A stretch of DNA of 61,432 bases, taken from NCBI GenBank assembly GCA_024763335.1, contig JANTFS010000001.1:1-61432 (forward strand). The letters run 5' to 3'. The notes beneath the pieces were generated by a model that was given only the letters and a program-made list of their open reading frames with translations, had not been told where the DNA came from and searched no databases. Both the position numbers and the translations under genes were made by a program. Of the stretch, positions 1 through 7,526 are shown piece after piece. Origin of the DNA: Paracoccaceae bacterium. GTDB lineage: Bacteria; Pseudomonadota; Alphaproteobacteria; Rhodobacterales; Rhodobacteraceae. Position 1 is the stretch's first letter, and each line of letters starts with the position of its first letter.

Positions 1-97
1 GCCGCCAAATCGCGCACCTGCTCGGCCAGCTCGCGCCCGGTGGCGGTGAACCCGGCGATGGTGCCGTTCTCCACCCCGCCGTCCGTGTCCATGATCC
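1..97. repeat. 97-bp terminal direct repeat (circular assembly overlap), identical to 61336-61432
   Basis: Exact match of the first and last 97 nt; joining the ends restores the terL frame. Confidence 0.97.
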
Positions 98-758
98 CCT
101 GCAACAGCGCGAGGCGCTGAGACCCCGAGGCGCGCATGTAGGCGGCCGGTATGTGCTTGTCAGCGATCACCCCCAGCGCGGTCAGCTTAGCGTTGAGCCC
201 GCCGCGCCGCCCGCGCATCCCCGGCTCGAACACGCCCACGCGCCAGCATGTGCGCTCGCGCGCCGCGTTGGTCTCATAGCCGCACGCCTCGATCTGGCGC
301 CGCATGGCCTCAAGGTCTTCGTCGCCGACGCTGATCCGGGGCGCCCGGGCGTTGCCGTCGCCGAGCCAGACCCCGAGAAGGTACGGGTCAACCGGCAGAT
401 CGGCCGGGGGCAGGTCCAGCGCGCCGGCCACCGGCACCGAAAACAGGTTGCGCCGCTTCCCGCCGCGCTCCACCATCGGCCCCTCGGCTACCATCTCGGC
501 CGTGGTCATGTTGACCGTGCGACGGTTGCGGCCGTTCCGCTCGGTGCGGCTCACGGTCCAGATGTGATCGGCATCCGCGACGATCCGCTCGCCGTCATCG
601 AACACCACCTCGAAGCACGGGTGATCGGTCATCACCGGGTGCGCCACGATGACGCGCACCGGCCGGCCGTCGCTGCCGAACACCGTATCTCCGGCCCTGA
701 GCTGGCCCATGGTGGCCCATCCGGCCGGCGTTGCTATGGGAGTGTCCAGCGCCAGAGC
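1..758 (-). mobile_element. Class 3 intein with LAGLIDADG homing endonuclease, N-terminal part (343 aa in total, continues 61335-61065)
   Basis: Starts ALALDTPIATPAGW after GK; block B ADADHIW; block C YLLGVWLGDG; block E LLQGIMDTDG. Confidence 0.93.
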
Positions 759-1016
759 CTTCCCCATCTGCGCGCCACAGGCGGCGACGTAGCGCCGGTA
801 TTTGCCCTCGGCGACGGCATCGGTGAAGGGGACGAAGTAGGGCGTCAGCCACGGGTCTCGATCACCCGGAACGCCAGCGTGCTCAGGATACTTCCGGTGC
901 GTCTTGGCCCACTCCGCCGGTGTCAGCCTCGGCTTCACCGTCAGATAGTCCACTGCCATCTGATACAGCCGCCGCAGCTTTTCCGGCCCGTCCCGCAATT
1001 CGATTGAGTGTGCCAT
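1..1016 (-). CDS. terL: Terminase large subunit (lambda gpA type), 5' part; continues across the origin to 59280
   Basis: Manual translation MAHSIELRDG...LTPAEWA...PWLTPYF...CGAQMGK (Walker A); joined ORF is 3072 nt, 1023 aa; alternative ATG at 959. Confidence 0.92.
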   Translation of the reverse strand, partial: MAHSIELRDGPEKLRRLYQMAVDYLTVKPRLTPAEWAKTHRKYPEHAGVPGDRDPWLTPYFVPFTDAVAEGKYRRYVAACGAQMGKALALDTPIATPAGWATMGQLRAGDTVFGSDGRPVRVIVAHPVMTDHPCFEVVFDDGERIVADADHIWTVSRTERNGRNRRTVNMTTAEMVAEGPMVERGGKRRNLFSVPVAGALDLPPADLPVDPYLLGVWLGDGNARAPRISVGDEDLEAMRRQIEACGYETNAARERTCWRVGVFEPGMRGRRGGLNAKLTALGVIADKHIPAAYMRASGSQRLALLQGIMDTDGGVENGTIAGFTATGRELAEQVRDLA

Positions 1017-1413
1017 CGCAGATTTCCTCGATCTTGCCTCGTTGGTCCATGTCCCGGGTCACCTTGGCCGGGATGGAGGAAATCTCCGACCGGACGAGAC
1101 CGAGAAGGTCGGCGATCACCGCCTGTGCGTCCTCGAATTTGATGAGCACGCTTTCCTTCTCTGCGATCCGCAGCTCGATCTCTCTGGTCCGGGCATCGGT
1201 CACACGGCTCGCCGCGGCGCTCTTGTTGGCCTTCGCGATCTGCTCATCCTGATATTGGATCACCCCCCGGACGAGGGGGATGAGCGGGTAGGAGCCGTGC
1301 TTCTCCTTCTCGAAGTAGCCCTCCTTCGCCCGAAGCTGGATGTAGCGCTCAGACTTGCCGATCAAGGCCGCGGCCTGCGTCACGGTGAGGGTCTGCCCGT
1401 TCTCGCCTGCCAT
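883..1413 (-). CDS. terS: Terminase small subunit (Nu1-like)
   Basis: N-terminal wHTH (TVTQAAALIGKSERYIQ) plus coiled coil; overlaps the terL start. Confidence 0.85.
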   Translation of the reverse strand: MAGENGQTLTVTQAAALIGKSERYIQLRAKEGYFEKEKHGSYPLIPLVRGVIQYQDEQIAKANKSAAASRVTDARTREIELRIAEKESVLIKFEDAQAVIADLLGLVRSEISSIPAKVTRDMDQRGKIEEICDGTLNRIAGRAGKAAAAVSDGSGLSDGEAEADTGGVGQDAPEVS

Positions 1414-1416
1414 GGG

Positions 1417-1623
1417 TTACTGCCCCCAGCGCGGCTCTCCGGGATCATCCGGCCGCTCAGCCCACATCTCGATCAGGATGCGGGTTCCGTCTTCGGAGAC
1501 CGCCATGCGGGGCCACGTGCCCCCCTTGGCGCGGCCGGCGGTGGCCTTCTCCTGAAACCACATGCGGGCCGCATCAGGCGACCCGGGGTTTTCCGTCTCG
1601 GCGATGAAGACCGGTTCCGTCAT
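1417..1623 (-). CDS. Hypothetical protein, 68 aa
   Basis: ATG overlaps the ibrB stop (ATGA); fills the gap to terS. Confidence 0.6.
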   Translation of the reverse strand: MTEPVFIAETENPGSPDAARMWFQEKATAGRAKGGTWPRMAVSEDGTRILIEMWAERPDDPGEPRWGQ

Positions 1624-2297
1624 TTCGCTGCCTCCGCCCGATCTCGGGCCTCTTGCTCCTTGCGGAGCTTGATCTGCCGCCGGGTGGTCCACGCCTTGGA
1701 ATACTCCACGTCGGCGAACAGCTTCGAGAACCCAGTGATGTGCTTCAACCGTAGAAGCTCCTCGGGTTCCATGCCCAGCTCGTTGCAGATCGCGGCGTCT
1801 TCCCAGCCGTTGTCCAGCATCTCGAAGACCATGCTCGACATGCCGGCGACCGAGTGCTTGCCCCGGGCGCGGTTGTGGCGCACCGTCGAAGCCATGCGGT
1901 CGTTGATGTCCTTCTCGATCACGACGATGGGCAGGAGACCGAGGTTCCGCTCGAAGATGTCCGGGTTGCTCTTGCAGGTGAAGTAGCGGTGGAACCCGTC
2001 CACGATCACGTATTTCTCAAGCTCCTCGTCCCAGATGGTCACCACCGGCTGGGTGTAACCGTCGTGCTTCACCGAGTGGTAGAGGAGCCGCATCTCCTGC
2101 ATCGCGACGCTGTTCGGGTTGTACGAATTGGGCTCAACCATCTCAACGGGAACCCACCGCACCCGGTCCACAGGCTGCCCGCTGAGCGGGCTCATCGCGC
2201 TGAGCGCATCCCGCACCGCCTCGATGCCCTCCACGCTGCCACCGGCCTCCTCAACGAGATCGGCAAGGCGTTCATTGATGTTTGATTTGGTGCCCAC
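1620..2297 (-). CDS. ibrB: IbrB-like ParB/Srx-domain protein
   Basis: PNSYNPN, DGYTQPVV, IVDGFHRY and STVRHNRARGKH motifs; GGGGAGG RBS. Confidence 0.88.
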   Translation of the reverse strand: MGTKSNINERLADLVEEAGGSVEGIEAVRDALSAMSPLSGQPVDRVRWVPVEMVEPNSYNPNSVAMQEMRLLYHSVKHDGYTQPVVTIWDEELEKYVIVDGFHRYFTCKSNPDIFERNLGLLPIVVIEKDINDRMASTVRHNRARGKHSVAGMSSMVFEMLDNGWEDAAICNELGMEPEELLRLKHITGFSKLFADVEYSKAWTTRRQIKLRKEQEARDRAEAAK

Positions 2298-3396
2298 CGT
2301 GGCCTCCCCTGTTGACGCTATAGCGGCCGTTCGATGCCGCGAAGGTGCTCATCTTGGTGCCGTGATAGTCGTTCACCAATATCGACCCGATGTGCATCTT
2401 GTGCAACTTCTCGTGGATTTCCGGGACGTAGAGCTCGTCCTGCCGGTCGAATTTCTTGCGGAACCACGCCTTGTGATCCGGGTTGTCGATCAGGTGCTCT
2501 AGGAGATAGTCCCGGTACTCCCCCCAGCTCTCGAACATCCACGGCAGCTCGCGCGGGATGAAGAAATCGTCGCGCATGTGCTTCACGGTGTTGATGCCGT
2601 TGAGGCGCCGGGTCAGGCGCTCCCACGTGTCCCCCTCGATCTCTTGCAGGTAGAACAGGTTCTTCACCGCAGTCTCGTGATGCAGGTTCGAGACCCGCAT
2701 GTTCTGGATCGGGACGCCGTGCTGGAAATAGTAATCGTAGAGCGGGCAGTAGGCCCATCCGTGCTCATGTATCGCTTTCCAAATGTCGCTGTCGCGCCAG
2801 TCGTAGAGCGGATACATCACGAAATGCCCGCGGCGCGGGTCCACCTTCTTGCCCCACGTCTCGCCCTTGTAGGTCTCGAAGCTGGTCAGGCCCTTGAGCC
2901 GGGCCGGGCTCTCGGACGCCCGGACGCCGGCCAACCGCACCACCTTCTCCCGCGGGTAGTCGTGCCGCAGTTGCTTGTCGAAGAGGTCTGCGAACCGATC
3001 GGTCCCGTAGGGGTTGGTCTGGATGCTGTTCGGCTCCTTCGGCCGCATCCACTGGTCTTCCTTCCCGGGTTCCCAGCACATGAGCCATTCGTCATCCGCC
3101 GACGCGGCATTGAAGAGCTTGATCGGCACCTGAAACCATTGGGGCTCGATGCGCGGGTCAGCCATGATCTCCCGCACGTAGTCGATCACCGTCTGCCACT
3201 CGGCCTCTTGGTCGATGAAGGCCACCTTGAGGGGTAGCCGGCCCTTCTCCTCGGCCACCTGTAGCGCGAGATTGAGCGTCACCGTGCTGTCCTTGCCCCC
3301 CGAGAAGTTCACGATGACGTTGGGGAACTCATCGAAGAGCCACCGGATGCGGTCCAGCGCGGCTTCGAGCACCGTCTGTTTAAGGTAGATCTTCAT
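2272..3396 (-). CDS. ibrA: IbrA-like PAPS-reductase/PP-loop protein (DUF3440)
   Basis: FSGGKDS PP-loop, GVRASESPAR, YPLYDWRDSDIW, MRVS. Confidence 0.9.
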   Translation of the reverse strand: MKIYLKQTVLEAALDRIRWLFDEFPNVIVNFSGGKDSTVTLNLALQVAEEKGRLPLKVAFIDQEAEWQTVIDYVREIMADPRIEPQWFQVPIKLFNAASADDEWLMCWEPGKEDQWMRPKEPNSIQTNPYGTDRFADLFDKQLRHDYPREKVVRLAGVRASESPARLKGLTSFETYKGETWGKKVDPRRGHFVMYPLYDWRDSDIWKAIHEHGWAYCPLYDYYFQHGVPIQNMRVSNLHHETAVKNLFYLQEIEGDTWERLTRRLNGINTVKHMRDDFFIPRELPWMFESWGEYRDYLLEHLIDNPDHKAWFRKKFDRQDELYVPEIHEKLHKMHIGSILVNDYHGTKMSTFAASNGRYSVNRGGHGGHQIKHQ

Positions 3397-4049
3397 CCCT
3401 TGGCCGCCTTCGCCACCGCCTTCTGCAACCGGGCCTCGGTCTTGGCGAGGCGCTTTGCGTTCAGCTCGTTACCACGGAAGGCCAGCCCGCTGTCTATGCA
3501 AGCCTGAGCGGTGTAGCCCATGCCGCAGCACGGATCGAGCCCGATGTTCGGCAGGCCCGAGCTGCGCACCGTCTCGGCGAGCGGGTAGAAGGCGCGCTTC
3601 ACCGTCTCGTAGCCGAGCGTGTCCGACACGTGCTCAACGTAGCCCGGGGGCAGGGGCAGGTTGCCGCGGGTGAACAGGTGAAGGTCCAGCGGGTAGACCT
3701 TGCCGCCGCCGCGGTACTTGATCGGGATGATCCCCCGGGCGGTGAAGCCGGCCGCGACGCCCCGCTCTTGGATCATGTCCTTCCACCGCGGGCCGTACTC
3801 GATGAGCAGGTAGCCGTCCACGTAGGTCGCGGCGATCCCGAAGATCGAGCTGAGGAAGGTGTCGAGATCGGCCGGTACCGTGATGGTGCCGGTCATCTTG
3901 CGGTTCATCGTGGCCCAATAGCCGATGTTCCCCTGACCCCACGGCGGGTCGGAATACATGATCCCCACCCGGTCGGTGCCCATGAGCCCCGAGATGCCCT
4001 TGTTCACGTCACCGTGTTGGACCCGGTGCGGGCCGTATTGACGGATCAT
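3393..4049 (-). CDS. Putative amino (N6A/N4C) methyltransferase, beta-type motif order
   Basis: Catalytic YSDPPW near the N-terminus; SAM-binding LDPCCGMG...GNEL near the C-terminus. Confidence 0.8.
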   Translation of the reverse strand: MIRQYGPHRVQHGDVNKGISGLMGTDRVGIMYSDPPWGQGNIGYWATMNRKMTGTITVPADLDTFLSSIFGIAATYVDGYLLIEYGPRWKDMIQERGVAAGFTARGIIPIKYRGGGKVYPLDLHLFTRGNLPLPPGYVEHVSDTLGYETVKRAFYPLAETVRSSGLPNIGLDPCCGMGYTAQACIDSGLAFRGNELNAKRLAKTEARLQKAVAKAAKG

Positions 4050-4870
4050 GCTCCGCTCCTCTTGAGGATGAAGAAGTTGCCAAACTCGATGACCTTGCCG
4101 GGCAGCACCGTGGCCGGGTGCACCACGTGCTCAAGCTCCACGTGCGCCCGCTCGCAGGTCACCGGGTGATAGTCCGGGCGGTAGAACATCAGGAAGTAAC
4201 CCCCGCCCGGGGCGACCAGATCGGGAATGCGTCGCAGCTCCTCTTCGGTGCAGTAGTTCGGCGACCCGAAGAGGCTGACCACCAAATCGAACCGCCGATC
4301 GGTCCAGAAGCTTTGAAGCGTGGTCGGCACCACCTCAGCGCCCGGGTGCCGCTGCTCAAGCCGCTCGAGCATTCGTCGGCTGGGGTCGATCCCGAGATAG
4401 GTGGTAGGCCGCAGAAGCTCGATGGTGAGCCCCGTACCGGCACCAACGTCCAGAACGGACCCGCCGCCATAGCCGATCATGGCGGCCACTTGGCCATTCT
4501 CCTCGCGGGATGCCGGGTCATCGAAGAGGTGGTCATACTGGTCGGCCACCGCGTCGTAGGGTGCCTCACGCTCGATCTCGGCCCGGTTGATGAGGATGGT
4601 CGCTTGCAACCCGGCACCCATGGTCCAGTATCGCTGACCGTTGATGTCGAGGTAGGTGTACCAGCGGCCGCCCCACTTCTCCCGGTAGCCGTTGTCACGG
4701 ATGAACTGGACCACATCCCAGAAGTCCTGCTCGCTCGCCCACTTCTTCCGCAGGGTGTAGTGATGCGGGAACTCGGGCATGGTCTTGGCGTACTGGAAAG
4801 GCGCGTTGAGCAGCGCGCCGGCTGCCTCGTCAAACGAGATCGTTCTTGTCGAGATCATATTCTTTTCCAC
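4046..4870 (-). CDS. Class I SAM-dependent methyltransferase with a ~95-aa aromatic-rich N-terminal domain
   Basis: VLDVGAGTG, GIDPS..ML, FDLVVSLF; alternative ATG at 4858. Confidence 0.85.
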   Translation of the reverse strand: MEKNMISTRTISFDEAAGALLNAPFQYAKTMPEFPHHYTLRKKWASEQDFWDVVQFIRDNGYREKWGGRWYTYLDINGQRYWTMGAGLQATILINRAEIEREAPYDAVADQYDHLFDDPASREENGQVAAMIGYGGGSVLDVGAGTGLTIELLRPTTYLGIDPSRRMLERLEQRHPGAEVVPTTLQSFWTDRRFDLVVSLFGSPNYCTEEELRRIPDLVAPGGGYFLMFYRPDYHPVTCERAHVELEHVVHPATVLPGKVIEFGNFFILKRSGA

Positions 4871-5438
4871 AGTGAGGACAGGTCACTTCGATGAGGTTCT
4901 GCTTGGCAAGCCGCTCGCCGCTGGCGTCCAGCTCTTCCGCGGCCTTGGCCACGTCCTCGCCGGTCACCTCGCCGACGGCCATGCCCGGGACGAGCGTCGG
5001 CGCAAACGAGCCGCTGGTGAGGGCGTCCAGCGTGGCTTCGTCAAAGCCGATGGCCCCGAGATCGAAACCGTCCGTGTTGAGAAAGTCCAATTCCAGCGCG
5101 AGCTTGTCCACGTCCCAGTCGGACGTTTCCGCGAGGCGGTTGTCCGCGAGCGTGTAGGCCCGGCGCTGCTCGTCGGTCCAGCCCTCGGCCACGATCACCG
5201 GCACCTCGGCCATGCCGATCACCCGGGCCGCTTCTAGCCGGCCGTGGCCGGCGATGATCGTGCCGTCCTCGGCGGCCAAGATCGGGATGGTGAAGCCGAA
5301 CTCTTTCATCGACTGAGCGATGGCCTCGATCTGCTCCGGCGGGTGCGTCCGGGCATTGTTCTCGAACTCCTTCAAGTCGATCAGCGGCCACATCTCGACT
5401 TGGGGGGAACGCATGGGGGGTGTCTTCGCTTTGGCCAC
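4830..5438 (-). CDS. ParB/Srx N-terminal-domain protein with a C-terminal CPHC knuckle
   Basis: NNARTH, EFGFTIPIL, IIAGHGRLEAA, LADNRL; GTG start with GGAG RBS. Confidence 0.88.
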   Translation of the reverse strand: MAKAKTPPMRSPQVEMWPLIDLKEFENNARTHPPEQIEAIAQSMKEFGFTIPILAAEDGTIIAGHGRLEAARVIGMAEVPVIVAEGWTDEQRRAYTLADNRLAETSDWDVDKLALELDFLNTDGFDLGAIGFDEATLDALTSGSFAPTLVPGMAVGEVTGEDVAKAAEELDASGERLAKQNLIEVTCPHCGKEYDLDKNDLV

Positions 5439-5473
5439 GGGGGAGGCTCCTTCTAGCATTGTGCTACACCGGA

Positions 5474-5502
5474 GCTATACCCGAACCGCATGGCATTTGC
5501 GA
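5474..5502 (-). promoter_or_regulatory. Candidate promoter of the ParB/MTase/IbrAB operon
   Basis: TCGCAA-N17-TATAGC; spacer ends CGGTTCGGG, resembling the early-promoter box. Confidence 0.35.
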
Positions 5503-5529
5503 TAGTCAAAAAAACGGGCACGACCCGGG

Positions 5530-5571
5530 CTGCGGCGCCGCGCAGTGCGTCTCGGCGCTGAAAGGGGACCC
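5530..5571 (-). other. Candidate cos site (cosQ-like GGGTCCC, then 23 nt, then cosN-like GCGGCGCCGCAG)
   Basis: Spacing matches lambda GGGTCCT-N23-GGGCGGCGACCT; non-coding; upstream of the terS operon. Confidence 0.55.
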
Positions 5572-5709
5572 ATGGGGTGGCCCCCCTAATGCCCCCTTCC
5601 CGCCCCCCTGTGCGCCCCTGTGCCGCCCCAGCGTCCGAGATGGGTCAGGACAGCGGGCTCATGAGATGGCGCTGTGCGGGGCGCTGTGCGCGCGTGCGCC
5701 CCTACTGCC

Positions 5710-5931
5710 CTACTGGCCTATGTGGCCCTCTTGAGGTGTGGTGGTTGGGGTGTTGGCCCCTTGGTGCTCGGGCAATGCGGCTGTTGCATAGCTGCAGGCG
5801 GGGCAGGGCACGGGCTTCTCGCCGTTGGGGCCATGGTCCCAATGCATCGCGGGCAGGGGTGCGGGCAGGTGGGGGATGTGGATCACCCACCTCATGTCCA
5901 GACAAGTTGAGCATTTGGTACGGTGAGGCAT
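5710..5931 (-). CDS. Small Zn-finger protein (CSTC...CPAC)
   Basis: AGGAG RBS; two CxxC motifs. Confidence 0.65.
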   Translation of the reverse strand: MPHRTKCSTCLDMRWVIHIPHLPAPLPAMHWDHGPNGEKPVPCPACSYATAALPEHQGANTPTTTPQEGHIGQ

Positions 5932-6002
5932 TGCGATCTCCTACCCCGATAGTGAACCAGTGACCCTCCCTGTTTTCCTATGAGGCAGGGAGGCTGTGCT
6001 GG

Positions 6003-6030
6003 ATCATACGGGGGGAAGATTGGGGTTCAA
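6003..6030 (-). promoter_or_regulatory. Sigma70-like promoter
   Basis: TTGAAC-N16-TATGAT followed by a hairpin at about 5964-5993. Confidence 0.55.
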
Positions 6031-6061
6031 ATTCCCCTTGCATTTGGGCTCAGGCCCGAGC

Positions 6062-7189
6062 TCACCACGTCTTCATGATGTAGGCTAGGGCGTAGTAGAG
6101 GGGCCTGATGTCCACCTCGGCCAGCCCGGTATCGGCCGTCTCTCCTTGCACATCGTGCGAATGCGAGCCCGCTGAGGCGCTGATACCGCTGACGCTGTGG
6201 GTGTGCGCGCCGCCGCTGGTCACCGAGCCCGAGATGCCGTGAGAGTGCCCGCCGTCCGATTCGGTCGTCCCGGTCACGTTGTGCGAATGCCCCCCGGCCG
6301 TGCCGGTGTTGCCGGTGATGGAGTGCGTGTGCGTGCCACCTGAGCTGATCGAGCCCGAGATGTCGTGGGTATGACTGCCCACCACGCCGCCGGAAGTGCC
6401 GGTCACGTCATGAGAGTGCCCCCCGGAAGCGGTGGTGCGGGCAAAGTCGGCATCGGGGTCTGTGGTGGTGTCCGCGTTCACGTTGTTGACGAGCAGGGAG
6501 TCTGGGTAGCTGGCGTCTCGGTCCACCTCATTGAACTTGCGGATCGGCGCGCTCTGGTGGGTGTGGTCGCCGACCGAGCTGGTCTTATACTCGCCGGAGT
6601 GGTGGGTGTGGTCGCCTTCAACGCCGATGGAAAAGGTGTCAGAGTGGCTGTGCGACCCCCCCGAGGATGCGGAGAGCGTGCCGTCGTCATGGGCGTGATC
6701 GCCGGTCCAGTTGGTGGTAAGCGAGCCGTCTCCATGGGTGTGGTCGCCGACCCAATCCGCGGAGAGCGTGCCGCTGGTATGGCTGTGCGAGCCCGCGCTA
6801 TTGGCGCTGTAGCTGCCCGAGCCGTGGGTGTGCGCCCCATCTGAGCTGGTCGACAAGGTGCCGTCAGCGTGCCGGTGCTCAGGCACGTCCGTGATGACGT
6901 TCTGACCGCCGGTGTCGCCCACCCCATACTCGTCCCCCGCGCCCACCACGAAGCGATTGCGCAGATCGGGGGTGCCGTTGGTGCCGTCGCAGAGCGCCCA
7001 CCCTTCCGGGATGTCGTTGATGGCCCCGGACCACATGCCTATGAAGCCGGTGGGGAGCACGCTGTGGACGAAGGCGGTGCTCGCCACCTCTTGAGACCGA
7101 TCTGAGCCCACCTTGGTGAGCACCTTGGTCACGAGGGACTGGCTCAGATCGAGCAGGGCCTTTTTGACGATGAGGGTGCCGCTTGCCAT
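6062..7189 (-). CDS. Tail-collar domain fibre with a metal-binding HxH needle
   Basis: Collar motif IPEGWALCDGTNGTPDLRNRFVVGAG; 15 HxH motifs; C-terminal RPLYYALAYIMK. Confidence 0.85.
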   Translation of the reverse strand: MASGTLIVKKALLDLSQSLVTKVLTKVGSDRSQEVASTAFVHSVLPTGFIGMWSGAINDIPEGWALCDGTNGTPDLRNRFVVGAGDEYGVGDTGGQNVITDVPEHRHADGTLSTSSDGAHTHGSGSYSANSAGSHSHTSGTLSADWVGDHTHGDGSLTTNWTGDHAHDDGTLSASSGGSHSHSDTFSIGVEGDHTHHSGEYKTSSVGDHTHQSAPIRKFNEVDRDASYPDSLLVNNVNADTTTDPDADFARTTASGGHSHDVTGTSGGVVGSHTHDISGSISSGGTHTHSITGNTGTAGGHSHNVTGTTESDGGHSHGISGSVTSGGAHTHSVSGISASAGSHSHDVQGETADTGLAEVDIRPLYYALAYIMKTW

Positions 7190-7193
7190 GGTG

Positions 7194-7517
7194 TCAGGCC
7201 ACGTCGTCGGTGATCTTCACGTCGATGTAGCCGGTATTGGGGTAGGTGGCCACGCTGCCATCGGAGAACGTCACCTCAAACTCAGCCTTGAAGATGCCGG
7301 CCGCCTCGGTGTCCCCGGTCGCCCAGACATACTCGAGCACGCCCTCTGCCGGAGTGATGATGGTGGCCGGCGCGTCGATCACCACGTTGCCCGAGGTGTC
7401 CCTCATGTGGAAGTGCACGGTCGCCCCGGTCAGGTCTACCGGATCGCCGTTGCCGTCCTTGACCGTGCCCCGCAGGGCGGGGCTGGTGTCGTTCTGTTTC
7501 AGGAAGAAGTCGCTCAC
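7194..7517 (-). CDS. BppU N-terminal-like Ig-fold adaptor
   Basis: KQNDT.P.L...DGNGDPVDLTGATV.F...AG.FKAEFEVTF.DG...TYP pattern. Confidence 0.75.
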   Translation of the reverse strand: MSDFFLKQNDTSPALRGTVKDGNGDPVDLTGATVHFHMRDTSGNVVIDAPATIITPAEGVLEYVWATGDTEAAGIFKAEFEVTFSDGSVATYPNTGYIDVKITDDVA

Positions 7518-7526
7518 GGTGCCCTC

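Noticed and set aside
2272-3396. Sulfate-assimilation cysH auxiliary metabolic gene
   Set aside because: It lacks the C-terminal ECGLH motif, has a DUF3440-type extension and is paired with ibrB
1620-5438. ParABS partition system of a plasmid prophage
   Set aside because: No ParA; both ParB-fold proteins are of the IbrB or MTase-associated type
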